A stretch of DNA of 64,000 nt from Holosporales bacterium (GCA_031269095.1 JAIRWI010000030.1:27212-91211), one strand, 5' to 3'. Shown: positions 46,077-56,285, counted from the first letter of the stretch. Notes: a model not told the origin generated them from the sequence alone. Translations and numbers: made by a program.

Positions 46077-48572
46077 ATGAAAAAACTTCCATTGATATCT
46101 GGGTGCTTAATTTTTGTAGCATACGTACAGCCACTTATGTCGTTTCCAGCCGGAAATGTTGAAATCTTTAATTCAAAATTAAAAACAGGAGATAAAGTTA
46201 CAAACAAAAAAGCTCCTGTTACAGTTCCTGTTCAGCAAACGGTAAAAAAAGAATCACCATCTCTATCTCAAAAAGGGTTACCTACTAGTGAGGATTTTAA
46301 GGAACATATTACTACCCCCTCACCTGTAGCCAAAGCTCCTGTTGCAGTTCCTGTTCAGGAAACGGTAAAAAAAGAATCACCATCTCTATCTCAAAAAGGG
46401 TTACCTACTAGTGAGGATTTTAAGGAACGTATTACTACGCCCTCACCTGTAGCTAAAACTCCTGTTGCAGTTCCTGTTCAGCAAACGGTAAAGAAAGAAT
46501 CACCATCTCTACCTCGAAAAGGGTTACCTACTAGTGAGGATTTTAAGCATGTTCCAGTAAAAATATCGAAAACAAATGAGCTAATAAAACGTATAGGCGA
46601 ACTTTCAGATACATTAAAAGATGTTTCAGAAGAAATAAGGGCTATAGATATTTCGAAAGAAACAGTTGGAATTGAAACTCCTCAGGTCTCTGAGTATAAA
46701 GAAATTAGTACGCCAAAGAATTCTCATTTTTACGTTGGTGGAGGACTGGAATTTGAAGTCTTGATGTTTGATGACAAAATCAAATCTGATAGAAGAGTAT
46801 TTTCTTGGAGCGAACAAAAAATCGATTACTACTCCATGGTGTCATCTGTGTTCTCTATTATTCAAAGAGATTCTTATGGAAATATAATATACGGAGATGA
46901 CGGATATCCAAAATATAGTTACAGAATAAACCCAAAGGATATTCCAGAAATTAAGGCTTGTTATGAAACGCGAGAAGACCCTGCTACTGTAATTGGAGGA
47001 GTAGCAGGTACTGGCCAAAAAAAGATGATGCTTATAGCTGGGAAGCAATATGAAGTTCAAAACCTCTTAAAAACTAGAGTAGATGAACTTATTGGTATAA
47101 CAAGCAAAGATCCAATTAAAAGTTTGAATCTGGTTACAGGTAGTGGGAAAGAAATATCGATTACACATACTCATGTAAATATTGGCCAAAATGAATATGG
47201 TCATGAGCATAAAGAACAATTTTATTTCAGTGCAAATGAGGGAAATGGACTCACATACAAAGATGGTATTCAATATTTGGATGCATTAATATGGGGGAAT
47301 TTGGTATTTACGGATGATGCAGAAACTGCTGTCGGTGCTAAAGTTGAAGCAGGAGCTCACGTCCCTTTAACTCAAGTTTTAGGAGATATAATTGAGCAAA
47401 CTGATGAAACTGTCCAATACACGACAAATTCTGGACAAATAGCTACATTCACAAATCTATATTCAGAAAGAGTCAAATCAAATGGATCAGATGTATTCAA
47501 AAAAAGTGCTGAATTAGCTGCTATAAATGAAAACGTAAGACAAAATAAGTTTTCATTTGGTGGAAATATATTGTTGGGTTGGGGAGCGTATACAGGGAAG
47601 GTCTATTATGGTGCAGAAGTTTCAGCAGGATATTCGGCTGCTGTTTCGAAAATTTCTAAACAAGATGAAAGTGAACCCGTTGTAAAAGATCTATTCGCCG
47701 ATGGAAACATGCAGTATGTTAGCTCAACTTCAACAGCTCAGAATAAAGCGTCTGGTGAAGTTCGTAAAGTTTATGTTCCTCTAGCTGGAACAGTCCAACC
47801 AGTTTATGTCTCTGGAATGGGGAGATTAACGGCTGTAACACCTAGCTCCCTTCCGGACATAAAGACCGCATACGAAGTGGAAATCAAAAAGGGATTTAAT
47901 TTTTCTATTACACCAATTTTGGGGTTGTCCCATGCTAGTACAGTTTATTACCTTTCATTAGGCATGACGTGTGATGCATATGAAGTAAAAATTTCTCCAA
48001 ATACCAATATGCTAGATGCGTATAGCAATATGTTACCAATAACATATATTAACGGCTATCTCGAAGGATTTGGGGGAAATACATATCTGCATAAATACAA
48101 AACAAGGATTACGGATGGAGGTCAGCTTATAACTCAAGAGGAATTACTCGCAGAAAAAAAGAAAGTGGAAAAGATGGAGCCTATATACCCTGCTGCTGTT
48201 CTAGAAACAAATACAGCGGGAGAGCAAAATACGTTTTCTGGAATTAGAATTACCTACCCTCACTATGCAGATGGAGGTATATCAGTTGAGGGGGAAGGTG
48301 ATGCAAGACCATGGTTGAACCAGGAAAATGTGAGCAAAGAAATAAAAATGAAAAAATATATGTTCCGCTTCGAGCCAGGAATTGGATTTAGAACATACCT
48401 TACATCAAAATATTTCATTGATCTAAGAACCTCAGTGGGTTTAGGAGAAAAAATTAAGATTGATCATGATTCATTCGCTGCTTATCCAGCTCATATAGGG
48501 CGCCCGAAACTTCGACATGAGATTGATATAATAGAATGTAAGGTGAAATTAAGTTTTGGCAGAAAACTTTAG
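46077..48572 (+). CDS. surface/outer-membrane protein with N-terminal 41-aa tandem repeats and beta-rich C-terminal region
   Basis: 831 aa. Signal peptide MKKLPLISGCLIFVAYVQPLMS. About 2.7 x APVAVPVQ.TVKKESPSLSQKGLPTSEDFKE.ITTPSPVAK. Alternating-hydrophobic beta-strand-like segments (HFYVGGGLEFEV, FSFGGNILLGWGAY, FRFEPGIGFRTYL, CKVKLSFGRKL). No specific family recognised. Confidence 0.7.
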   Translation: MKKLPLISGCLIFVAYVQPLMSFPAGNVEIFNSKLKTGDKVTNKKAPVTVPVQQTVKKESPSLSQKGLPTSEDFKEHITTPSPVAKAPVAVPVQETVKKESPSLSQKGLPTSEDFKERITTPSPVAKTPVAVPVQQTVKKESPSLPRKGLPTSEDFKHVPVKISKTNELIKRIGELSDTLKDVSEEIRAIDISKETVGIETPQVSEYKEISTPKNSHFYVGGGLEFEVLMFDDKIKSDRRVFSWSEQKIDYYSMVSSVFSIIQRDSYGNIIYGDDGYPKYSYRINPKDIPEIKACYETREDPATVIGGVAGTGQKKMMLIAGKQYEVQNLLKTRVDELIGITSKDPIKSLNLVTGSGKEISITHTHVNIGQNEYGHEHKEQFYFSANEGNGLTYKDGIQYLDALIWGNLVFTDDAETAVGAKVEAGAHVPLTQVLGDIIEQTDETVQYTTNSGQIATFTNLYSERVKSNGSDVFKKSAELAAINENVRQNKFSFGGNILLGWGAYTGKVYYGAEVSAGYSAAVSKISKQDESEPVVKDLFADGNMQYVSSTSTAQNKASGEVRKVYVPLAGTVQPVYVSGMGRLTAVTPSSLPDIKTAYEVEIKKGFNFSITPILGLSHASTVYYLSLGMTCDAYEVKISPNTNMLDAYSNMLPITYINGYLEGFGGNTYLHKYKTRITDGGQLITQEELLAEKKKVEKMEPIYPAAVLETNTAGEQNTFSGIRITYPHYADGGISVEGEGDARPWLNQENVSKEIKMKKYMFRFEPGIGFRTYLTSKYFIDLRTSVGLGEKIKIDHDSFAAYPAHIGRPKLRHEIDIIECKVKLSFGRKL
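46212..46547 (+). repeat. in-frame 123-bp tandem repeat, about 2.7 copies
   Basis: gctcctgttgcagttcctgttcag.aaacggtaaa.aaagaatcaccatctcta.ctc.aaaagggttacctactagtgaggattttaag repeated nearly identically. Confidence 0.9.
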
Positions 48573-48668
48573 AAAAAGGAATAATAAAAGTATTATGAAT
48601 AATTTAAGTTTTATAAATAATAACTTTAACTTTATAATAAAATATGATAATATATTAATATATTTATT

Positions 48669-48674
48669 AGGAGG
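48669..48674 (+). promoter_or_regulatory. Shine-Dalgarno sequence aggagg, 6 nt upstream of ATG 48681
   Basis: ttattaggaggattgatATG, read directly. Confidence 0.6.
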
Positions 48675-48680
48675 ATTGAT

Positions 48681-48956
48681 ATGTTTAAAGTATTAGGATA
48701 CGGTTTAACTTTATCTCTAGTAATGACTTGTTCTGGAATTTCTATGGAATCTATGTACGAAGATTATGGGAACAAAGAGGATAGTTACGTTAAATCACAT
48801 TTAACTAAATATTGGGATGACGACTGGAGGTGGAAAAAATCCAAAAACAAACAGTTCCAAGGAAAAAGGTTTGACAAAAGGCTCGATAAAAAGCAATTTG
48901 ACCGACCGAAAGGGGTAAATTCTATGAAAAATTGGGATAAAAAATACGGGAAATAA
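48681..48956 (+). CDS. small hypothetical secreted/lipoprotein-like Lys-rich protein
   Basis: 91 aa. Strong SD upstream. Hydrophobic N-terminus MFKVLGYGLTLSLVMTCSG, possibly a lipobox. Basic C-terminal half KKSKNKQFQGKRFDKRLDKKQFDRPKG. Confidence 0.55.
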   Translation: MFKVLGYGLTLSLVMTCSGISMESMYEDYGNKEDSYVKSHLTKYWDDDWRWKKSKNKQFQGKRFDKRLDKKQFDRPKGVNSMKNWDKKYGK

Positions 48957-48985
48957 AATTCCATTTTTTCAATTTCGTGACAAAC

Positions 48986-49183
48986 TTAAACTGATTTTTC
49001 GGTTAACATTTCAATTTTGAGTTCGGCATCCTTGAGTTTTTCTTCACAGATTTTCTTGAGTTCAGTGCCGCGCTCGAAAGATTTTACTGCATCCTCTAGA
49101 GGGAGTTTTCCTTCTTCTAGTTTTTTTATTATAATTTCAAGTTCGCTAACTGCCGCCTCAAAACTGATATTTTCACTTGCCAT
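48986..49183 (-). CDS. xseB: exodeoxyribonuclease VII small subunit
   Basis: 65 aa. [44 protein letters not shown] is the typical XseB pattern. Confidence 0.9.
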   Translation of the reverse strand: MASENISFEAAVSELEIIIKKLEEGKLPLEDAVKSFERGTELKKICEEKLKDAELKIEMLTEKSV

Positions 49184-49272
49184 AATATATTATATTTCTT
49201 GATTTTAGATGGAATATCTAGGATCATACGATACATGTTGACCGGCTCCACTTGCAATAAGAAAAAAATACT

Positions 49273-49749
49273 ATGGCAGCTATAACGGAAAAAATTAAAA
49301 ATCATGTCGAAGATCTTGTGCGTGGTCTTGGGTGTAATATTGTTAAAGTTGCAATTTTAGGCGATGCTAAGTGCAAAACTATACAAATTATGATAGAGAG
49401 GATTGATAACGAACCTGTAACTGTAAATATTTGTGAATCCGTAAGCAAAATAATTTCTCCAGCGATTGATGTTATGGACCCTATCAAAGGAAGATACAAT
49501 CTAGAAATATCTTCTCCGGGGATAGATAGACCCCTTATGAAGCCAGCTGATTTTATCAGATTTATTGGAAAAAATATTGTTGTAAAAACACCTGGCCTTA
49601 AAAGTAACAGGAAAGTGTTTAAAGGATCGCTGGATTTTGCTGATGATCATGGCATAAAATTAAGTCTAGAAGAACCAGGTAATGAGATAATAGATTTTAT
49701 TTATAGCGAAATAAAATATGCGCATATAGATGGAGAAAAAGAGTTCTAA
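49273..49749 (+). CDS. rimP: ribosome maturation factor RimP
   Basis: 158 aa. LEISSPGIDRPL motif. Conserved rimP-nusA-infB context. Confidence 0.9.
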   Translation: MAAITEKIKNHVEDLVRGLGCNIVKVAILGDAKCKTIQIMIERIDNEPVTVNICESVSKIISPAIDVMDPIKGRYNLEISSPGIDRPLMKPADFIRFIGKNIVVKTPGLKSNRKVFKGSLDFADDHGIKLSLEEPGNEIIDFIYSEIKYAHIDGEKEF

Positions 49750-49780
49750 GGGAGATAAGAAAGTGAGTCGTAAAATAAAA

Positions 49781-51283
49781 ATGGAGAATAAAACCACAGC
49801 ATTCGCTGCTAGAAACAATGAGATTATTCAGGTCGCTGATATTGTCGCAAAAGATAAAGGGGTTGATAGGGAAGAGATACTGGAAGCTATGGAACTTGCT
49901 ATCCTCAAGACTTCACAATTAAAATACGGCCTAGAAAAGGACATTATAGCAGGTATTGATAGAAAAACTGGAGAAATTTCGATCAAAAGACGAATGACTA
50001 TTGTCGATAGCGTTACTGATCCCCAAAGGGAGGTTAGCCTAACAGAAGCCAAAGAAAAAAATAAAGATGCTGAAGTAGGAGATTTTTTATGTGAAACATT
50101 GCCAATTATTGAGTTTGGAAGAATTGCTGCTCAATCAGCAAGGCAAATTATAACTGAAAAAATCAGGAACATCGAAAGAGAAAGGCAATTTGAAGCCTTT
50201 TCTGGCAGGGTTGGAGAAATAATAACAGGTATCGTTAAGAGAACTGAATTCCAAGATATAGTTCTGGATGTTGGAAAAACTGAAGGAATTCTAAAAAGAA
50301 ATGACACAATAAAAAATGAAACTTTCAAGGTTGGAGATAGGATAAAGGTTCTTTTAGTTAGTATTAACAAAGAAAGCTCGGGACCTATGCTTCATCTATC
50401 TCGTTCACATAATGACTTTTTGAGGAAGCTTTTTGAACAAGAAGTTCCAGAAATTTACGATGGTATTGTTCGAATCGTCCATGTTGCAAGGGATCCTGGA
50501 AGCAAAGCAAAAATAGCGGTTACAACTTCCGATTCAAAGCTGGACCCTATAGGGGCGTGTGTTGGTGTAAAAGGTTCTCGTGTACAGGCAGTAACTGATG
50601 AGCTTAAAGGGGAAAAAATTGATATTATAGAGTGGTCTGAAAATCAGGCCGCTTTCATAGTAAATGCCCTCTCTCCAGCGGAGGTTATCAGAATAGTTAT
50701 GGATGAAGATAGAAGAACTGTGGATACAGTAGTTCCTAACGATCAATTGAGCTTGGCTATAGGTCGACGCGGGCAGAATGTCAGACTTGCTTCAAGACTT
50801 ACTGGTTGGACTATCAGTGTTATGACGGGAGAAGATGACGTAAAAAAGAGAGCATTCGAAAGCGCTAGATTATTGAAGCATTTTATGGAGAATTTGGATA
50901 TTGATGACATGGTTGCTCATCTTCTAATGGCAGAAGGGTATTTGAACATAGATGAAATAGCAGAATGCGATCTTTCAGAATTAGCAGGGATTGAAGGTTT
51001 TGACGAAGATACAGCTAAAGAAATCCAAAAAAGAGCATCTTTGGCTATTGAGAAAAAAAAGAAATCTATCGAAAGTATGTGCAAGGAAAAAGGGGTAGAA
51101 AGTGGCCTTATTAATTATGGAGTTATTAGCGCTGAACTCCTTGAAGTGTTAGTTGGTGCAAATATAAAAAGTTTGAATGATCTAGGAGACCTTTCCACAG
51201 ATGAGCTTCTTGATATAACAGGAGAAATGCTTAACAGGGAAGAGGCAGAAGCTCTAATTATGGACATAAGAAAAAATTGGTAA
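49781..51283 (+). CDS. nusA: transcription termination/antitermination factor NusA
   Basis: ORF from 49730, with the likely start MENKTTAFAARNNEIIQVADIVAKDKGV. S1 domain, then KH domains (GACVGVKGSRVQAV, LAIGRRGQNVRLAS). C-terminal acidic repeat domain. Confidence 0.95.
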   Translation: MENKTTAFAARNNEIIQVADIVAKDKGVDREEILEAMELAILKTSQLKYGLEKDIIAGIDRKTGEISIKRRMTIVDSVTDPQREVSLTEAKEKNKDAEVGDFLCETLPIIEFGRIAAQSARQIITEKIRNIERERQFEAFSGRVGEIITGIVKRTEFQDIVLDVGKTEGILKRNDTIKNETFKVGDRIKVLLVSINKESSGPMLHLSRSHNDFLRKLFEQEVPEIYDGIVRIVHVARDPGSKAKIAVTTSDSKLDPIGACVGVKGSRVQAVTDELKGEKIDIIEWSENQAAFIVNALSPAEVIRIVMDEDRRTVDTVVPNDQLSLAIGRRGQNVRLASRLTGWTISVMTGEDDVKKRAFESARLLKHFMENLDIDDMVAHLLMAEGYLNIDEIAECDLSELAGIEGFDEDTAKEIQKRASLAIEKKKKSIESMCKEKGVESGLINYGVISAELLEVLVGANIKSLNDLGDLSTDELLDITGEMLNREEAEALIMDIRKNW

Positions 51284-51286
51284 AAT

Positions 51287-53971
51287 ATGACAATTGAAAA
51301 CAACAACACAGATAAATGTAACAAAACAGAGGGCAGTACGGATGATAGTTCTCAGCAACCGCCAAAGAGAAGCACTCTTTCATTAAAAAAGGTTGTTGTT
51401 CCTAGAAGGGTTTCTTTAACCTCGAAAACAGTTGAAGTCGAAGTTAAGCGTAAAAAGTCTGCCGGTCTTAGGATTGATATAACAGCAAAGAGAGAACATT
51501 TTTTAGAAGAATCTGAAATAGCAATATCACACACTGATGAACAAGCTTATCATCATGCTGGAAATTTGACTGATTCTGAGTTCCAGACAAGAATGAAGGC
51601 ATTGCAGGATGCAAAAAAAACTGAAGAAATTGTTGTTACCCATAATGAAGAGGATACTACTATAGATGATATACTTCTGGAAGAGAATTATGCTGAAACT
51701 GGAACTGAAATAGCTGAAACAAAAAAAATAGAAGAAACTATTTCAACAATAACCGAACTACCAATACCACTAAAAAAAAGACAAATTAGCAAAAAACTTG
51801 AACAAGAAAAATATGTTCCAGGTCGGGAGCAGGTTGTTTTTAAGGCAAATGAATATGTGAAAAAGCAGCGCCCCACAGAAAAACTTAAAAAAACAGAAAC
51901 GGTTGTTACGGCAACGACATCGACCGTATCTTACCATAAAACAGATATAGAATCTGGTTATAATATTTCGGATGCACCGCGATCATTATCAAAAGAAACT
52001 TTAAACGAGAGACCCCGAAAAACTACAGGAAATATTGATTTAGACGAAAAGAAAAAAACAAAATCTTCTCTTGCAAAAAACATAAGTATGGGGAAAAGGG
52101 TATCTAGAATTGTTATAGAGAGAGCCTTAGACGGGGGAGATCCTGACGAGAGAACTAGATTTGGAAAAAAGAAGAATAATAGGCAAAAATCTGAGTACAC
52201 TGAAGCCGCTAGGGTTGTTAGGGAGGTTAACATACCAGATGTTATAGCCGTTTCTGAATTGGCAAATAGGATGGCTATTCGAGGAGCTGATGTCGTTAAA
52301 TATCTTATGAAAATTGGCACTATGGCGACACTTAACCAGGTGATTGATGGTGATACTGCAGAGGTTATCTGCACAGAATTTGGCCATATTCCAAAAAGAG
52401 TATCTGAATCTGATGTGGAAACCCAGATCGAAAATATTGAAGACAGGCCTGAAGATCTTGAAGTTAGAGCTCCAATTGTAGCTATTATGGGGCACGTTGA
52501 CCATGGAAAAACAACGATTCTCGACACGCTTCGAAAAACAAATGTAGCAGCAAAAGAAGCGGGGGGAATTACACAACACGTCTCTGCATACCAAGTCGAA
52601 TCAAAATCTGGTAATAAAATAACATTTATTGATACTCCAGGACATGCTGCTTTTTCTAGGATAAGATTACGAGGGGCGGTAATAACTGATATAATTGTTC
52701 TGGTTGTAGCAGCTGATGATGGAGTTAAAGAACAGACAATTGAGGCAATATCTTATGCAAAATCTGGAAATGTTCCTATTATAGTCGCGATTAATAAAAT
52801 CGATAAACCAAATACTAACGTAGATAAATTAAAAAACGAGCTTATGGCTCAAGATGTTGTCATTGAGGAATTTGGAGGAAACGTATTGTCTGTGCAGGTT
52901 TCCGCTCTCAAAAACATGAATCTCGAAGGGTTGATAGAAACAATTCTTCTTCAAGCTGAAATGATGGATTTGAAAGCGAATCCAAACAGAAAGGCAATTG
53001 GCACAGTTCTCGATTCACGGGTAGTAAAAGGGGTAGGGCTTATGGCGATGTCTATTATCCAGCATGGAACACTTCGCCCTGGAGATATTTTTGTTGCTGG
53101 TGCTTCGTATGGAAAAATACGTTCTCTTTATAATGAAAATAATCAAAGAATTGAATATGCTGGCCCTTCGACCCCAGTTAATATCGTTGGTTTCAATAAT
53201 AATCCGGAGCCGGGAGATATTATATCTGTTATGGATTCAGAGCAAAAAGCTAGGGAGATTGCTGAGTATAGAGCGAGATTATTGAAGGAAAAAGCGACAA
53301 TAAATTCTGCTCAAACGATGGAACAGCTTATGGCAGGACAAGCAGCTTCTAAACTTGAACTAAGAATACTTGCTAAAGCTGATGTTTATGGGTCGCTTGA
53401 AGCCCTTGTTGCTTCAATTGGAGCAATACAGCATGAAGAAATAGAGCTTAAGGTAACGGAAGCTGGTGTCGGCATGATAAACGAAAGCGATGTTGATTTT
53501 GCCCAGCACACCGATTCTCTGATAATAGGTTTTAATGTTAGTGTAACTTCCTCAGCAAAGAATAGTGCGAAAACCAACAATGTGCCAATTTATAATAGTA
53601 ATATCATCTATCATGTTATAGAGGAGATCAAAAGGAGGATGGCTGAGATTTTGCCTCCAATCATAGAGGAAAATTACATAGGAGAAGCTGAAGTTCGCAA
53701 AATATTTACGATAAGTAGATTTGGAACAATAGCTGGATGTTTTGTTAGAGATGGGATTATTAAAAGGACTAACTCAAAAATAAAAATTATTCGTGGTAAG
53801 GACTGTTTATTCGAAGGCAAAATACGCTCAATGAAACATGAAAAAGACGAAATTAAGGAATCCAAACAAAATCACGAATGCGGAATTCTAGTAGAAGGAT
53901 ATGATGAGTTCAGTGAAGGGGATAGGATTGAGTGCTATGAGATTATAGAACGAATAAGGACTATATCGTAG
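51287..53971 (+). CDS. infB: translation initiation factor IF-2
   Basis: 894 aa. G domain with IMGHVDHGKTT, DTPGHAAF and NKIDK. Long low-complexity N-terminal region. Confidence 0.97.
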   Translation: MTIENNNTDKCNKTEGSTDDSSQQPPKRSTLSLKKVVVPRRVSLTSKTVEVEVKRKKSAGLRIDITAKREHFLEESEIAISHTDEQAYHHAGNLTDSEFQTRMKALQDAKKTEEIVVTHNEEDTTIDDILLEENYAETGTEIAETKKIEETISTITELPIPLKKRQISKKLEQEKYVPGREQVVFKANEYVKKQRPTEKLKKTETVVTATTSTVSYHKTDIESGYNISDAPRSLSKETLNERPRKTTGNIDLDEKKKTKSSLAKNISMGKRVSRIVIERALDGGDPDERTRFGKKKNNRQKSEYTEAARVVREVNIPDVIAVSELANRMAIRGADVVKYLMKIGTMATLNQVIDGDTAEVICTEFGHIPKRVSESDVETQIENIEDRPEDLEVRAPIVAIMGHVDHGKTTILDTLRKTNVAAKEAGGITQHVSAYQVESKSGNKITFIDTPGHAAFSRIRLRGAVITDIIVLVVAADDGVKEQTIEAISYAKSGNVPIIVAINKIDKPNTNVDKLKNELMAQDVVIEEFGGNVLSVQVSALKNMNLEGLIETILLQAEMMDLKANPNRKAIGTVLDSRVVKGVGLMAMSIIQHGTLRPGDIFVAGASYGKIRSLYNENNQRIEYAGPSTPVNIVGFNNNPEPGDIISVMDSEQKAREIAEYRARLLKEKATINSAQTMEQLMAGQAASKLELRILAKADVYGSLEALVASIGAIQHEEIELKVTEAGVGMINESDVDFAQHTDSLIIGFNVSVTSSAKNSAKTNNVPIYNSNIIYHVIEEIKRRMAEILPPIIEENYIGEAEVRKIFTISRFGTIAGCFVRDGIIKRTNSKIKIIRGKDCLFEGKIRSMKHEKDEIKESKQNHECGILVEGYDEFSEGDRIECYEIIERIRTIS

Positions 53972-53994
53972 TGTTGGGGATTTGTTATGGTTAC

Positions 53995-54053
53995 GCGTTA
54001 ATATGAGTGATTTTTGGGTCTGTGTTAATTTGATCGTAAAACTGATCGAGTAT
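53995..54053 (-). repeat. 5'-truncated R1a unit (head at right)
   Basis: gtgatttttgggtctgtgttaatttgatcgtaaaactgatcgagtata parallels agtaattctggggatgtgtgttgaaaaattatttcttttctaactagatcgagtata. Confidence 0.6.
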
Positions 54054-54068
54054 AACTGAAATTAGTAT

Positions 54069-54196
54069 TATAGCTGTTTCAGTTGACATTATAATGATTT
54101 ACTTGACACTAGCATTAAGAAAAATACCCAAAATCCACGTAATTTCAGGAGATACAGCTTAAAAAATTAACACCCCTTGCTAACTAGAGCGAGTAT
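54069..54196 (-). repeat. R1 MITE-like unit, subfamily R1b, head at right
   Basis: tatagctgtttcagttgac...cgtaatttcaggagatacagcttaaaaaattaacaccccttgctaactagagcgagtat. Confidence 0.75.
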
Positions 54197-54258
54197 GCTC
54201 CCCAGATAAACAAAAATGCCAATTTTGCAACTCCGAAAGGTATAGGTTGAAATACTGT

Positions 54259-54364
54259 TATACTCGTTCTAGTTGGCAATAGGTTAATTTTTCAAAATAT
54301 ATTTCAATGAAATGTAAAGGGGTTAGCATTTTTGTTGATGCCTAAGTCAACTAATATAACTATA
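54259..54364 (+). repeat. R1 MITE-like unit, subfamily R1b, head at left
   Basis: tatactcgttctagttggcaataggttaatttttcaaaatatatttcaatgaaatgtaaaggggttagcatttttgttgatgcctaagtcaactaatataactatat. Confidence 0.8.
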
Positions 54365-54382
54365 TCTGTTGAGTGGAGTGAG

Positions 54383-54487
54383 TATAGTTGGGTAACTCGA
54401 CAACCAAGTAATTTTTGAAGTAATTTTCTCTAGAATCATTGGGGTTTTTATGTTTGTACCAATTTGGTTATCAGGTTAAGCAACTAT
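54383..54487 (-). repeat. R1 MITE-like unit, subfamily R1c
   Basis: tatagttgggtaactcgacaaccaagtaatttttgaagtaattttctctagaatcattggggtttttatgtttgtaccaatttggttatcaggttaagcaactat. Confidence 0.65.
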
Positions 54488-54586
54488 TATAGTTAACATT
54501 AACTTCGACAAATGCACCTAAAACATCAGTAATTTTTGGAATAGGTTTTGAAAAATTATCTCTTATCTAACTAGAGAGAGCATATA
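54488..54586 (-). repeat. R1 MITE-like unit, subfamily R1a, head at right
   Basis: tatagttaacattaacttcgacaaatgcacctaaaacatcagtaatttttggaataggttttgaaaaattatctcttatctaactagagagagcatat. Ends 15 nt before the ffh stop. Confidence 0.8.
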
Positions 54587-54600
54587 TAAAACAAATTTCT

Positions 54601-55902
54601 CTATTTCCCCAAAATATTCATAATTGAACGCGGATTTCCATTTCCTTTTTCCATTTTACTCATCATATTTTTTAGCCCCTCGAATTGTTTTATGAGCTTA
54701 TTAACTTCCGAAACAGGTTTTCCACACCCAGCTGCTATCCTCCTTCTCCTAGATGCATTGAGTATCCTTGGAGTTGTACGTTCTCTTTTCGTCATAGATC
54801 TAATAATTGCGACCTGATTTTTAATAAAATCGTTATCTATAGCACTTTCTTTGAGCATATCTTTCATTCTCCCCATCCCTGGGATAAACTTCAAAAATCC
54901 CCCAATTCCCCCCAGTTTTTCGAGCTGTTTCAAATGTTTTTCCATATCATTCATATTGAATTCTTTACTTTTAACTATCTCTGTTGATACGTTTTCCTCC
55001 ATAACTTTTTCAACTAACGATATGATATCTCCGTTATCCATAATTCTTGATGCAATTCTTTCTGGATAAAAATCTTCAATATCATCTATCTTTTCTCCCA
55101 TCCCCAGATATCTTATTTGACAATTTGTAACAGATTTGGCAGAAAGGCAGGCTCCTCCTCTGTTATCACCATCAATCCTCGTCATTATAAGTCCACTTAA
55201 ACCGTTAATAGCTTCATTAAAGGAAATAGCGGTTTTTAAAGCATCTTGCCCCATCATACTATCAATAACTAAAAAGATTTCTCTTGGGGTAATTATATTT
55301 TTGAGCTCTGCTAACTCATTCATTAAATTATCATCAACATACATTCGTCCAGCAGTGTCAAATACAGTGATATCAAAATTTTTAGAAACTTTTACAGCTT
55401 GTTTCGCTATAGAAATCGGAGAATTTTCAGAATTTTCGAAAAATTCTAGAGAGTTATTTTTTGCCAGTTTTCTGAGTTGATCTATTGCCGCGGGACGAGT
55501 GGTATCAAGAGATACAAGCAATACACCCTTGTTATGCTTCTTTTGGAGAATATTAGCAAGTTTAGCAGAGGTTGTTGTTTTACCAGACCCCTGCAATCCA
55601 CACATAAGTATTGCCCCATTTTTTACAGTAATATTATTTACACCGAGTAAATTAACCATTTCATCATATACATATTTATTAATGGTTTGTTCAGGCGATG
55701 TACTTTTTATAATTTCTTCTCCGTTCAGTTTTTCTTTTAAATTAGAGGTAAACGATTTAACAACAGATAGAGCGACATCAGCTTCAAGCAAAGAAACCCT
55801 AATCTCCCTAATTGTTTTATCAATAATCTCTGTAGTTAAAATCCCACGGTTCCTGATCCCATCAAAAATTCCTAACAATTTCTTCGATAAAATCTCAAAC
55901 AT
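54601..55902 (-). CDS. ffh: signal recognition particle protein Ffh
   Basis: 433 aa. N domain, then G domain (GLQGSGKTTT, DTAGR, TRIDGD). The C-terminal segment has the expected M-domain position and size (RSMTKRERTTPRILNASRRRRIAAGCG). Confidence 0.96.
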   Translation of the reverse strand: MFEILSKKLLGIFDGIRNRGILTTEIIDKTIREIRVSLLEADVALSVVKSFTSNLKEKLNGEEIIKSTSPEQTINKYVYDEMVNLLGVNNITVKNGAILMCGLQGSGKTTTSAKLANILQKKHNKGVLLVSLDTTRPAAIDQLRKLAKNNSLEFFENSENSPISIAKQAVKVSKNFDITVFDTAGRMYVDDNLMNELAELKNIITPREIFLVIDSMMGQDALKTAISFNEAINGLSGLIMTRIDGDNRGGACLSAKSVTNCQIRYLGMGEKIDDIEDFYPERIASRIMDNGDIISLVEKVMEENVSTEIVKSKEFNMNDMEKHLKQLEKLGGIGGFLKFIPGMGRMKDMLKESAIDNDFIKNQVAIIRSMTKRERTTPRILNASRRRRIAAGCGKPVSEVNKLIKQFEGLKNMMSKMEKGNGNPRSIMNILGK

Positions 55903-56285
55903 AACATCTCTTGTTTATAAAAAAACCAAACTACGATGGAATTTTACCAGATTTTTAATCGAAAGACCAATTACAGATAATCTCTTACTTAATTCCTTAA
56001 TTATTATAACCCTTTATAAAACAATTATAATAAATAATCAATAAATATTTTTAATAATTAACAATAATTGTTATATAACAAAACAATATACTATAACATA
56101 TCTCTGTTTGCAATTTAATAAAGAAGCTAGTAATAGGATCTAATCTGAAAAAGATATAAAATGCAGTTCTATGGGGATATAGCCTGCAGTGAAGCCATGT
56201 CGTCTATTAACACTAAAATTAGCTTTACTTAAAGCATTTTTTAAAAGAAAATTTGTGATAATGGATTTTAAAATATATATTAACC

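Noticed and set aside
55499-56044. 181-aa ORF and other 60-150 aa ORFs antisense to ffh, dnaE, mreB, tolC, infB, acs and others.
   Set aside because: They are fully embedded antisense to strongly supported conserved genes. Their composition is low-complexity Ser/Ile/Phe-rich, typical of AT-rich antisense frames. They have no start context or motifs.
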